Positions 18,957 through 29,410 of a stretch of 64,000 nucleotides of DNA are shown one piece after another. The stretch spans positions 1-64,000 of the IMG/VR virus record IMGVR_UViG_3300025875_000001; one strand, 5' to 3'. The notes beneath the pieces are model-generated. The model worked only from the letters and a program-made list of their open reading frames with translations. It was not told the DNA's origin and made no database searches. How positions within the stretch are numbered: the first letter of the stretch is position 1; the number at the start of each line of letters is the position of its first letter. The position numbers and the translations under genes are program-made. The stretch is from a virus.

Positions 18957-21900
18957 TTAGAGGCCGCGGGCCCTGCGAAGGGTAATAGTTTGTGTAATAT
19001 CGTCATTACTAAACGATCTTTTAACTGCTACAACAAAATACTTATGTGTATCTGGGCTTATATTTGATACAGAGTGATTTACCGGAACTAAATCACCTAA
19101 TTGAGTCAAAGGGCTATAAAATACAGAAGCCTGCAACTCATCACAACCATTTGACCAATTCTTAATAACCCAACCAGCTATACTTTTAGCCATATCTTTA
19201 GACTGAATCCATTGAGACTCAATAACAACATCTGAACGGCCTCGCCTACGTATACCATCTGGATCTGAAACAGTGCATCTTTGATCATCCTTTTGCTCTA
19301 GCAATCTACCATAAACAAATAATTTTTGATCCACCGCATTATCCACACCAAAAGTAACCTTATCCTCTCCCGAAACAATAGCGTCAGTACGAGATGAATT
19401 AGCAATTATAAATTTAGCTCCGAATGGATTTGATTCATAGTTAGTACATACCACCTGAGATTCGTTTGAAAAGTACAAATAACTATGTAATACAGGATTA
19501 TCCTCAAAATCTATTTCATACTCCTTCATTTCATGAGCAATTGGTACAAATTCATCAAAAAATATTTTATTGACATAGTTCCACTGATCTTCATTCAGAA
19601 GAGAACGATACTTAAAATTCCTAGATATCATCGAACTTCTATAATCACCCTCAATAAGATCTAGCAATGAAGTTTGATTCGATTCAACCGGATATGCCAA
19701 GATTCCTTGAAAACCATAAACATATTCAAAATCAGCAATACATTGAGTCCTAACGAATGGACCGCTATAACCAATAGGGTCCCAAGCATCCGAGGCTACC
19801 AAATAAGTACCAACATCTATGCTATTAACATACAGAGTAATAATAGAATTACGGCCTTCTACACGTACATAAGCCTCTAGGTCATACCATTTACCCGGCA
19901 CTATTTCGTACCTCGACCCCAACGGCATACTGGTCCCGGCGCGGTGGCCTATAGTACCAAGGAATGTAAAAATTCCACGCCTATCTTTTATACATAAAAC
20001 TATTTCATTATGCCACCTATTTGATCTATCAGCTACTGCCGTTGTATGAACTGTTGCATACAGACCTGTGCTGTTAGCTCCACCTAAGAAATACAACCCA
20101 GCAATACCAGAAGTACTTGAAGGCCACCCAGATTCAGTAAATTTAAATCTAGTACCAAACCTGCTTCCCTCTCTACTATTTATTAAGTCTTCTGATTTAT
20201 GAGTAGTAGCCATATAGTGAATAGCATTAACATTCGGAGAGGCGTTTCTTGCTAAGCGCAAAAACCCAGAGCTTGTATCCCACTTAGCTGCCACGGTATT
20301 GTACTGTGATCTAGTTAATGAGAATGGATCATCTTCTACTCCAATATAACGATTTTCTTCTGGCCTCCCGGCTTTTGTCTGAACAATATGATCTATAATT
20401 GCAGAACCAAATTCACCCCTTTTGACAATACGGAGATGGCCCGAAAAGTAGTTCTTCCAAGCTAACACTTCGCTGGAATCAATAGTATCCGTAGTGCTCT
20501 TTTCGTCAGACGACTTTATCCATTTACCCACAGCCACATTATTTTTATCATAATAAATATACCATTTGGCATCATATCTTATAATTTCAGACTCAACATT
20601 CAACAATCCAGCAAATGGATATGTCGCAGCCTTTTCTTGGGCAATACTCATAAATTGTGAACCAGCAGTTATACTCTCTTTAATAGGAGACGAACGTAAT
20701 ACCACTGTATCTTCTGGCTCCCAACTAACCTCCATTTTTGGAAATCCATTGGCGAAGTCACTATATCCCGTTTCTTTGTAGACTACACTAACAGAATTAG
20801 CCTCAAATTCGTTAGACTGATCAACATTAACAATATTAGAAGCATAACTTCCAATCGGTTGTGAAGTATAGATCCAATCTGGAACTCGATTTTCATCATA
20901 AGCACCATTTTTTGTCTTAATCTGCAACACGTCATGCTCATCAAAGAATATAGCTGTTTGAGTAACTTCACCTAACTTTGAAATCACCTCCCACAAAGAC
21001 TCTTCACCATTTGTCCAAAAATAGGGAACTACCAATGAATCTTCTGCGTTTGGCCTATATTCATAATCTGTATAACCCATCATATCAAACAGACGCCAAA
21101 TAATAGCCGCTATTGTAAGATTTTCAAAGTACGTGGCCGGTACTATCTCTTCCTGAGCAAACATAGAAGAATCCTTTAGATCCACGCTTATCTCTTGGTC
21201 ATCACTTGGTGACCAATTTTGAGCATACATAGTCATCTGCCTAAAATATTCATACAAACCACTAGCCTTCTTAATTGCATAATCAACCTTAAACCTTACA
21301 TTCTTATCAATCAAATCAAAATACAAAGATTCTTTATTGTCATTATTAAATCTCATATCTGTATTAGACAATTTAATCGATCCGGTGTTAGAAGATGATC
21401 TACCGATAGGCAAATCAAAACTAACATTAGACATAGAAAAATCAGCATTCCAACTTATTGTAAAGTCAGTTAAATCGTTCTCTATACGTGGGCTAATCTC
21501 TATAAGATTAAGATGAGCATTCTTTTTGGTCATAGTGCTAACGCTCATCCTAACCCCGCGAATCTGAGTAATTGCATCATAATTTTGAACAGCCGTCCAG
21601 GTTAAACTATCGCTCAACCATAATACAATTCGACCATTGGCGTCAACTAGGGGATTCGTAGCAATCGTTTGCCAATTTTTACCATCAATTGTAATATCTA
21701 CCGTAAAGTCTACCGGAGCAGACTCAGTATTTTCTATACCAATAACAATCTTATTGCAATATAAATTCTGATCGTATATAACATATGGCCTTTGCACAAC
21801 ATCAAATGCAAACACAAAAGCCTGCTGTCTGTTTGTGGCAACTGCCGAAGTAGCATAATATTTATAGGGATCGTCTAAGCTAGCTGCATAAAACCTAGCT

Positions 21901-22187
21901 TCATCCGGCTCATTTCTGTATGTAGCAGTAACTCTACCTTCTATTGATTCTTGCATTTCGTCTTTTACTTCATTTACTGACCGAGCTTTAAGTATTCCTC
22001 TACCCGGCCTCCTTGGCTCAACAATAGAACGAATCGGGTACATTGGATCATCAACATAATTGTTATTTCCTATAGAAGATACATTTACATACCTATTCAT
22101 ATTCCACTCAGCTATAACCCTAGTGGACACGTCCATACTATAAGCCTGTTGCAGCTTAGTTTTTATTTCATTAGATGCTGTTATCAT
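18957..22187 (-). CDS. large minor tail protein (baseplate hub/Tal-like)
   Basis: ~1076 aa second gene after tape measure; start trimmed to MITASN (ATGA overlap). Confidence 0.7.
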   Translation of the reverse strand: MITASNEIKTKLQQAYSMDVSTRVIAEWNMNRYVNVSSIGNNNYVDDPMYPIRSIVEPRRPGRGILKARSVNEVKDEMQESIEGRVTATYRNEPDEARFYAASLDDPYKYYATSAVATNRQQAFVFAFDVVQRPYVIYDQNLYCNKIVIGIENTESAPVDFTVDITIDGKNWQTIATNPLVDANGRIVLWLSDSLTWTAVQNYDAITQIRGVRMSVSTMTKKNAHLNLIEISPRIENDLTDFTISWNADFSMSNVSFDLPIGRSSSNTGSIKLSNTDMRFNNDNKESLYFDLIDKNVRFKVDYAIKKASGLYEYFRQMTMYAQNWSPSDDQEISVDLKDSSMFAQEEIVPATYFENLTIAAIIWRLFDMMGYTDYEYRPNAEDSLVVPYFWTNGEESLWEVISKLGEVTQTAIFFDEHDVLQIKTKNGAYDENRVPDWIYTSQPIGSYASNIVNVDQSNEFEANSVSVVYKETGYSDFANGFPKMEVSWEPEDTVVLRSSPIKESITAGSQFMSIAQEKAATYPFAGLLNVESEIIRYDAKWYIYYDKNNVAVGKWIKSSDEKSTTDTIDSSEVLAWKNYFSGHLRIVKRGEFGSAIIDHIVQTKAGRPEENRYIGVEDDPFSLTRSQYNTVAAKWDTSSGFLRLARNASPNVNAIHYMATTHKSEDLINSREGSRFGTRFKFTESGWPSSTSGIAGLYFLGGANSTGLYATVHTTAVADRSNRWHNEIVLCIKDRRGIFTFLGTIGHRAGTSMPLGSRYEIVPGKWYDLEAYVRVEGRNSIITLYVNSIDVGTYLVASDAWDPIGYSGPFVRTQCIADFEYVYGFQGILAYPVESNQTSLLDLIEGDYRSSMISRNFKYRSLLNEDQWNYVNKIFFDEFVPIAHEMKEYEIDFEDNPVLHSYLYFSNESQVVCTNYESNPFGAKFIIANSSRTDAIVSGEDKVTFGVDNAVDQKLFVYGRLLEQKDDQRCTVSDPDGIRRRGRSDVVIESQWIQSKDMAKSIAGWVIKNWSNGCDELQASVFYSPLTQLGDLVPVNHSVSNISPDTHKYFVVAVKRSFSNDDITQTITLRRARGL

Positions 22188-22600
22188 ACTTCCTCTAGTT
22201 CTACCGAAACTTCCCACATATCATATTTCCCGGCCCGTTTTACAATTTTATGGCTAAAATCTGTAAAATAAACTTGATAAGTCTCTGTAGTACCATTTCC
22301 ATTAGTGATAGTCATTGGAAATGCACCAGTGTGTGACTCCCAAAAATCTCTCATAGCTCTTCCACCCATTTTGCCATCTACAGTCCAAGAAGACTTATCA
22401 GGCAGTTCTTCCCAATTCACCCCAAACGTCCACTTATCTTTTATATGCAATTTCCTTGCCGTACCATCCCACATTCTTTGACTAGGACCATATCTTTTAG
22501 GGGTCATGCTAAGCTCAGACCTATTATGATCTGTAACTCCTTGACCATCCCATATTATAAGTTGGGCATGTGGCAATATCAGCGGTGCCGGGGCTGTCAT
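22184..22600 (-). CDS. minor tail protein (distal-tail-like)
   Basis: first gene downstream of tape measure. Confidence 0.6.
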   Translation of the reverse strand: MTAPAPLILPHAQLIIWDGQGVTDHNRSELSMTPKRYGPSQRMWDGTARKLHIKDKWTFGVNWEELPDKSSWTVDGKMGGRAMRDFWESHTGAFPMTITNGNGTTETYQVYFTDFSHKIVKRAGKYDMWEVSVELEEV

Positions 22601-25600
22601 TATGAGGTTACCTTTCTAGTTTTTCCAACATTGAGGGTAGCTTCTTTGTTAAGTTCTCTAACAACAGCTTTGATCCTCTCAATATCATCATCTCTAATAG
22701 TAGATCCACGTAGATCAATAGTCAAATGATCTATTCCTCTACCACCATTTCCACTTATATTTTCTATACCTTGCTCTAAACTTCTACTCAATGGTGCAGT
22801 AAGAACAGTTTCTTTTTTATGTAAATTAGCTACTGTATTATCATACAGCACCTCTCCACCATTCATCAACGACGGCATCTCTATTCCAGCTTGTCCACCC
22901 TTGTGAAGATATGAAACGTGGACGTGGTCACGGTGCTGCAAGGTGTCTCCACCATTACCTGACGGAGCATTTGGGTGACCATAACGAGTCCAGCCCCTAC
23001 CTTCATTTATTTGGTCACGCCAAATAACATACTTAGTACCAAATGCTGCTGGGTTAGATACAAAGTAACTAGCAATCTGATTACCCAAAGCTATACCCGC
23101 AGAAGACTTATAATTTGGAATCATTGTATCAGAAGCCTTACCCATTGGGTGATCAGACTTATTTGGACGATCACCCAATGTACCCGATCCTAGTCCCCAT
23201 CTTTGCTTAATATATGCAGCACCGGCTGCTGTGTTAGCAGAAACTACACCTTTAACTGCTTTAGGATATCTACCGCTATTTTGAATGAAACTTCCGCCAC
23301 TTAAACCAGCTCCACCAGTCGATGATGCAACTGCGCTAGAAATTCCTTGAAGAATATAAGAAGCAATACCATCGTCGGCTGCCCTAGAAAGCATAGCACC
23401 AAACGCTGCACCAATTGTCTGCGTACCGCCGCCAACACCACCACCGTCGTGTCGAGAAATCATCGAACGCTCTTTTGGCAAACTTCTATTATTAATCTGC
23501 TCTAGCAAACCTCTATGGTCGCGCGTAGCCTTTTCGTTAACTACGAATTCGCCGCGTTTCAAAATAGCTGGAACTTCACTAGGCATAACACCAGCAGAAC
23601 GCTGAATACCTACCCTATCGGCCTGACTAAATCCTAAGTCACCTCCATTATGTCTAACCACACCACCAGTATGCTTAATAGTACCTTGTGAAACTCCCAT
23701 AAGAATATCAGCAATAGAACCTGGACCTAGACCCTGTCTAGGGAATCTACCATTCTGCAAGAAGAATCTAAGGTCATTGATTGATACACCAGTACCATTA
23801 GCCATCCTTGCTGTAATTTGCTGACCAATTTGGTCCCAAGCAATATCATTGCTAATTCTTGCAGAAGCCGCCGATACGTTAGCGCTCAACGCAGAACCAA
23901 TAAATTGACCCCAAGCATTACCCTGACCTTGTAAGTTCAAACCATACTTAAAGTAAACGTCCTGAATTCTACCAATATGATCTCTCAATTCTTGCTCATT
24001 GGTAGGGACAAACTCTCTTAACGCCCTCAATTCCATATCTAGAGCACGACGTGCAGCCTCTTGTTGCCTTTGCGTATGAGTAACCTTTGAATTTGTAGCA
24101 TCGGCATCAGCTTGCTTAGCAGCATTAAGTCTAGCCATTTCAGTTTCTCTCGCATTAGCTAGGCGCTCTGACTGCATTTCACGTTCAGCGGCAAGAGCCT
24201 CTTGTTGCATCTCTTTCTGCTCTTGCATAGCATCTTTTTCGGCCTCTTGAATGTCTCTTAGAAGGTCAAGTCGTGCATCTTTTTCGTCATTCAAACGATC
24301 AATATAGTCATCAAATGAATCCGCGCGTGCCTGCTGTTGCTCTCTAATAGCCTCTATTTCAGCTTCATAAGCATCAATTCTAGCCTCGCTAGCCTCTTCT
24401 TCACTACGCTGTTGATCTTCTAGACCCCACTGCGCTTCTTGCGCGCCCGCGTTGTTCATAATACGGGCAGCTTCGTCTAGCGATCCGCTATTAAGAGCAG
24501 TATTGAAATCAATGTTTGTATTGAATCTTTCAGCCATTCTCTCGATACGTCGCTCTTCTGCTTCAAAGATTTTATTTCTAGTATCTTCTGCATCCTGCTC
24601 TACATCGATAGCATTTTCAACAGACTTGATTCTTGCATCATAAGCTGCATCAACTGCTTCTGCCTCGGCCTTGGCTCTATCGATTCTATCATCGAAAGAC
24701 TTTTCCTCAGCCTCCATTGTGCCTTCCCAGCGATTTTCAAAGTTCTTGTCAGCAGCCTTCCAATAATTATCCAACTGCTTTTGTCGAGCATCAAATGAAT
24801 TGTCTAAGTCTTTTTCTTGTTGCTTGAACCCGGCCTCTGCCCTATCCGCTGCATCTTCGTACCCCTTCTGACTTCTCTTTCCTGCATCCTGTATTGAATC
24901 AATTTGAGCACTAAACTGATTGTCCAATAGTCTATTAGCTTCGTCAAAGATATCACTGCTTGTTGCAGAATAACTACTTTGCAAAGCACTAGTAACCTGA
25001 GCTGCATCTGCTCTAGCACTATTTCTATCGAATCCAACGACAGCGGCAGCGGCGGTCTCAATTGCTCCAAATACACCAGTCCAGGCCCATTCCAAATCTT
25101 TTGCTGCACCTGCGGCACCACCTGTTTGCAATCCAAGATAATCAATAAGCCCACCTACACCAGCAAGATCATTTTTAAGATACTCTATCGTATCGGAATC
25201 TAATCCGTATCTATCACCAAAACTTTGGAAAAATACATCCATCATTTCCTGATACTTATCCATAGTACCTTCAAGAACGCTAAAAGCTTGAATACCAGCT
25301 TCACCATATGCTCTATTAAGAGCACCTGTTACAGCAGCTTCCTTATTCTTCATAGCATAAGCTAGCTGCTGCATAGAAGTAATGCCTAGGTCTTCAAAAG
25401 CTTTTCCATAATCTTTTTGCAACTTAGTAAAGTCCGGTCTCATTTGGGAGTCTATTACACCCTGCATTTCAAATATAAGACCACGCTTTTCTTCTGGCTT
25501 GCTGGCAGCAAGATAAGCGTCCGCAAACTGCTGTCCGGCTTGCGTACCTATAGCCCGAGCCTCACCACTGATATCACCGCCAAATATACCGCGTACAAAT

Positions 25601-28600
25601 CCTGCATCTACATCAGCCGTAGCTATTCCACTATAAACGTCTTTGATCTGTTGCATTAGCTGTGACCTAATCTCCTCAGGATTAGACAAATCTACATTAT
25701 TAAAACGTATCATTAGATTATCAAAAGTCTGCTCATCAGTAATACCCGCCGCTTGCAATGCTATACCAAACGCCTGCTTAGCCTGCTCTGCCGTACCACC
25801 GGTACTTACTACCTTTAGTGCCTCTGCCATAGCAAGCCTATATACCTTGCCAAAATCTCCACCTTCTTCTTTGGCTTCTTTAAGAGCGTCTACAAGTTCA
25901 GAATTAGCTTCACGCAATGCTTTAACATCATCGATCCTAGCTGCATAATCATTGTTAGGATCTTCTTTATCACTTTCTAAAGAACCTTGTTGATAAGCGT
26001 ACCCCAAAATTTCAGACCATGATTTAGCTGATTCGTTGATGGCCTTCTGTTTATCTTCTAAATTATCCATCTTATCTGCAACCGTTGTAAGGATTCCGAC
26101 GGCCCCGGCGATAATACCGATAGGGCCAAATAGCCTCAAAGCAGTAGGAATTGCTTTACCGATAGCTCCACTTACTCTACCCAAACCACCAACAATTCCT
26201 TTACTACCAGATACAGACTCAGCAACTCTAGCGAATGGTCTACCTAACCCATCGGCCACCTTTGCTCCTAGAGCACCTACCTTATTCCCTGAAAATAGAT
26301 TATTTAGAGGGCTAAGAGCCTTGGTTAATATTCCTCCAACGCCTTTAAAAGAAAGACCCAATCCTGTGAATGAAGTTGCAATCATAGCTGCGTTAACCAA
26401 ATTATCCATCAAGCTATTTGATCCACTAACCATATCTTTCATAGCTACACCACCAATTGCTAAGCTAGCGACACCAGCTACAATTCCGCCCCAATTACGC
26501 TTCATAGTCTCAGTATTTTGAGACATATCAGCAGTATTTTGCTTCATCTGAGCATACATTGCAGCATCGGCAGCACTAATTTTTAAGTTCTGTATACTCT
26601 TACCAGCATCATTTATAGAACCGGGTCCATAAATTTGCTGCCCTTTAGCATTGGTAATAATGCTTCTCTTACCAATCTGACCCTTTGAATTAACCATCAA
26701 TCCTTGTGCAGAAGCATTGCGCTCCATTGATCTAGTAAGATTATCAATACTCTGTGACAAAATAGCAGCACTGCTTGCTTGCTCATCCCATATATTATTA
26801 GTACGCAAAGCCATAAGTTGCTGTGCTCTTTGCTCCGCCGTCATCGGTGTAAATCTTGCAATAAGCTTACCTATTGCAGAAGCACCCTTACCAACGGAAC
26901 CAATCAAGTTACCAACCAAACCTATAAGCATTACAATAGGGCCAGCTACTCCAACAATACCTAATATAGCTAGCAAAGTTTTCTTAGATGCATCCGACCA
27001 ACTATTAAACCATTCTACGACATTACCTAAAGCATCAATTACCGGAGTCAAAGCTTCTAATACAGTCAAGCCCAAAGGAACTAATGATGCTTTCAAGCTT
27101 TCTACAGCAATTTTAAATCTACCTGATGCAGACTGTTGCATTTTTGCAACCTCACTTGCAGCAGTATTTGCCCAAGAGCTAGCATCCATTCCCATAACTT
27201 CAATAGCTTTTGAGGTTTGATTTGCTTCTGATTCAACCCCGCCTAATGCATCACCAATGTTTGTCAAAGATGCATTTAGCCTGTTAAACTGATAGGTTCC
27301 AAATAGCTCAGCGATTGCCTTTTGCTTTGATAGAGGATCAATCCCCTCCATCTCTTTACCAAGCTGCTTTAAGATGTCAAATAAATTACCACCGGCATCG
27401 TTTACGATTTTATCTATATCAATTCCAACACCAGTTGTTGCACTTCTCAATTTAGAAAACTGTGCTATAGCACCGGCTGTTGGGTTAAGCAATCTTGTGG
27501 TTGCGCTCTTTAATGCGTTAGCACCTTCGGCTGCATCAACACCAGATTCCTTCATTGACGTTAGAAGGACAGTCATCTCTTCTACCGTTACACCCAAACT
27601 GCTCAATGCACTTGCTGCTCTTGGGGTTGCCTCTGCAATATCCTGAATTGTTAAACTGGTAGAGTTTTCTACTTGGTTCATAAAGTTGAACTTTTCAGTT
27701 AACTCATCTACGCTCAGACCAAATGCTGTCTGCAAAGCAATCGTCATATCAATTGCTTGTTGATAGTCAAGGTCTCCAAGGAATGAAATCCTTGAAACTT
27801 CGGAAGTGGTTTTCTGCAAATCTGATCCCGTTAGACCAGTAGATGCTAACTGAGCTTGCACATCCAAGATATCGCTCATTGCAGCACCATATTGTTTAGC
27901 AGCTACTGTTGCAGTTGACAAAGAGTTTTCCCTTAATGCAATAAGCTCTCTTTCTTGGGCAATTGAATTACTTGATTGAGTATCATAAACCTTTGCAATT
28001 CTGGTTAAGTTCTTATCCGCTTCATAAGCTAGTTTACCTAATCCGAGTGCCGCCATTCCCAATGGCACCGTAAAACCAACCATAAGCTGACGACCGGCCC
28101 ACTGAGTATTTTTACCCCAATTTTGTATTTGAGTACTAGATGCGCTCAATGCTTGGGCATGCATACCTATTGCTACCCTGGCGTCTGCTAGCTGAGATGT
28201 AAATTGCTTTGGTACAAATAGGTCTACAGTTGACTTACCATATGCAGATCCACTAATTTGAGTAGCAAATGAATTCTGTAGGGCTTGTTGCTCTCTAATA
28301 GCAGATGCCATTGAACCTGTTTTAATAGCCTTATAGTAATCTCTAGCGGCTAACTTTTGCTTTTGAATAGCTTGGGTAAGCTCTTGCGTTCTAGAAATAG
28401 TTTTTACTGTAGCAGTTTCCCATTCACCACTAGCCGCCGCATTAAGCAACAAGTCCTTACGAATTTGACTTAACTGTGCTGCCTGCTTCGAATAAACACC
28501 GGCCTTATCAATATTTGGCGTAGCCGCCATTGTAGCCGTCATAGTTGCACGCAGCTTTTCGAATTGGCCACGTAGCTGACCAACCTCCTTGCTTACTTGC

Positions 28601-28644
28601 TCAAAATCCGCAGTACCTTGAAAACGGATATTGATATTATCTAT
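22600..28644 (-). CDS. tape measure protein with C-terminal metallopeptidase-like domain; probable ATA start at 28644
   Basis: ~2000-aa Ala-rich helical ORF after tail chaperones; frame is open 34 codons upstream of first ATG (28542), to an ATA downstream of AGGAG. Confidence 0.93.
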   Translation of the reverse strand: MDNINIRFQGTADFEQVSKEVGQLRGQFEKLRATMTATMAATPNIDKAGVYSKQAAQLSQIRKDLLLNAAASGEWETATVKTISRTQELTQAIQKQKLAARDYYKAIKTGSMASAIREQQALQNSFATQISGSAYGKSTVDLFVPKQFTSQLADARVAIGMHAQALSASSTQIQNWGKNTQWAGRQLMVGFTVPLGMAALGLGKLAYEADKNLTRIAKVYDTQSSNSIAQERELIALRENSLSTATVAAKQYGAAMSDILDVQAQLASTGLTGSDLQKTTSEVSRISFLGDLDYQQAIDMTIALQTAFGLSVDELTEKFNFMNQVENSTSLTIQDIAEATPRAASALSSLGVTVEEMTVLLTSMKESGVDAAEGANALKSATTRLLNPTAGAIAQFSKLRSATTGVGIDIDKIVNDAGGNLFDILKQLGKEMEGIDPLSKQKAIAELFGTYQFNRLNASLTNIGDALGGVESEANQTSKAIEVMGMDASSWANTAASEVAKMQQSASGRFKIAVESLKASLVPLGLTVLEALTPVIDALGNVVEWFNSWSDASKKTLLAILGIVGVAGPIVMLIGLVGNLIGSVGKGASAIGKLIARFTPMTAEQRAQQLMALRTNNIWDEQASSAAILSQSIDNLTRSMERNASAQGLMVNSKGQIGKRSIITNAKGQQIYGPGSINDAGKSIQNLKISAADAAMYAQMKQNTADMSQNTETMKRNWGGIVAGVASLAIGGVAMKDMVSGSNSLMDNLVNAAMIATSFTGLGLSFKGVGGILTKALSPLNNLFSGNKVGALGAKVADGLGRPFARVAESVSGSKGIVGGLGRVSGAIGKAIPTALRLFGPIGIIAGAVGILTTVADKMDNLEDKQKAINESAKSWSEILGYAYQQGSLESDKEDPNNDYAARIDDVKALREANSELVDALKEAKEEGGDFGKVYRLAMAEALKVVSTGGTAEQAKQAFGIALQAAGITDEQTFDNLMIRFNNVDLSNPEEIRSQLMQQIKDVYSGIATADVDAGFVRGIFGGDISGEARAIGTQAGQQFADAYLAASKPEEKRGLIFEMQGVIDSQMRPDFTKLQKDYGKAFEDLGITSMQQLAYAMKNKEAAVTGALNRAYGEAGIQAFSVLEGTMDKYQEMMDVFFQSFGDRYGLDSDTIEYLKNDLAGVGGLIDYLGLQTGGAAGAAKDLEWAWTGVFGAIETAAAAVVGFDRNSARADAAQVTSALQSSYSATSSDIFDEANRLLDNQFSAQIDSIQDAGKRSQKGYEDAADRAEAGFKQQEKDLDNSFDARQKQLDNYWKAADKNFENRWEGTMEAEEKSFDDRIDRAKAEAEAVDAAYDARIKSVENAIDVEQDAEDTRNKIFEAEERRIERMAERFNTNIDFNTALNSGSLDEAARIMNNAGAQEAQWGLEDQQRSEEEASEARIDAYEAEIEAIREQQQARADSFDDYIDRLNDEKDARLDLLRDIQEAEKDAMQEQKEMQQEALAAEREMQSERLANARETEMARLNAAKQADADATNSKVTHTQRQQEAARRALDMELRALREFVPTNEQELRDHIGRIQDVYFKYGLNLQGQGNAWGQFIGSALSANVSAASARISNDIAWDQIGQQITARMANGTGVSINDLRFFLQNGRFPRQGLGPGSIADILMGVSQGTIKHTGGVVRHNGGDLGFSQADRVGIQRSAGVMPSEVPAILKRGEFVVNEKATRDHRGLLEQINNRSLPKERSMISRHDGGGVGGGTQTIGAAFGAMLSRAADDGIASYILQGISSAVASSTGGAGLSGGSFIQNSGRYPKAVKGVVSANTAAGAAYIKQRWGLGSGTLGDRPNKSDHPMGKASDTMIPNYKSSAGIALGNQIASYFVSNPAAFGTKYVIWRDQINEGRGWTRYGHPNAPSGNGGDTLQHRDHVHVSYLHKGGQAGIEMPSLMNGGEVLYDNTVANLHKKETVLTAPLSRSLEQGIENISGNGGRGIDHLTIDLRGSTIRDDDIERIKAVVRELNKEATLNVGKTRKVTS

Positions 28645-28658
28645 TTTATCGACAACTC

Positions 28659-29021
28659 CTATTCAATTTCTATTTCTATTCCAAGCTCTGCCCAAGTCAT
28701 ATCAGACAAAGCCTTTTCACCATAAAGCTTTTCTTGTGCTCTTTCCCTTACTGCCTTAATCCTAGCGTCATTCTCGGCTTTAATTAAATCCATACCGACC
28801 AAACCAGCTTCAAATATCTGTTCATCTCTTTTTATCTTATTATATGACTCTAACAGGATCTTTAGCTCATCTATCGTTAACTTCTCTTCTAGCTCTGCAA
28901 AATTCTTATATGCACCCGGCATAGCAATCATTAATCTAGCTTCTAAATCGGCTAAACCATAATCTTCAAATTTTACTCCTGGTTCGGAGTCGTTGCTTCC
29001 AGAGCTTCCAGAAGTTTTGGG
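28659..29021 (-). CDS. tail assembly chaperone, -1 frameshift extension (T-type segment)
   Basis: -1 frame open from slippery CCCAAAA (29021-29015) to TAG at 28659. Confidence 0.75.
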   Translation of the reverse strand, partial: PKTSGSSGSNDSEPGVKFEDYGLADLEARLMIAMPGAYKNFAELEEKLTIDELKILLESYNKIKRDEQIFEAGLVGMDLIKAENDARIKAVRERAQEKLYGEKALSDMTWAELGIEIEIE

Positions 29022-29320
29022 TTGTTGATCCTAATTCCTAGACATACATCTAGAATTTTATAAACTGTAGGCATATCTAGTATATCTTCTACATCTTCAA
29101 GTGTAATACCTTCTGGCATTTGCTTTTCTATACAAATATATGCTGATTCTAACAAAGCAGTTAATGCATCGTCTTCTGTCTTTGCCTCTGCAAATCCTTC
29201 CATTCTTTTATTACCGGCGCGGAGTACCTTGATAACCGATGGACGCAATATAATGTCTGTGCCATCTTGTAAAGTTATTTGCTCTTCATTATATACTGTG
29301 TTCTTAGCTATTTTAATCAC
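28973..29320 (-). CDS. tail assembly chaperone (G-type)
   Basis: between major tail and tape measure genes; acidic 115 aa. Confidence 0.85.
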   Translation of the reverse strand: MIKIAKNTVYNEEQITLQDGTDIILRPSVIKVLRAGNKRMEGFAEAKTEDDALTALLESAYICIEKQMPEGITLEDVEDILDMPTVYKILDVCLGIRINNPKLLEALEATTPNQE

Positions 29321-29365
29321 CTTTTCTGTTAGTTAGTAACAGCTTAACAGAAAGATTGATAAATG

Positions 29366-29390
29366 CAAAAACTCCCGCCTTCGCGGGAGC
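29366..29390 (-). terminator. intrinsic terminator after major tail gene
   Basis: CTCCCGC-GAAG-GCGGGAG followed by TTTTT. Confidence 0.85.
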
Positions 29391-29410
29391 CTTGCTTAAA
29401 GCTTTATCTA

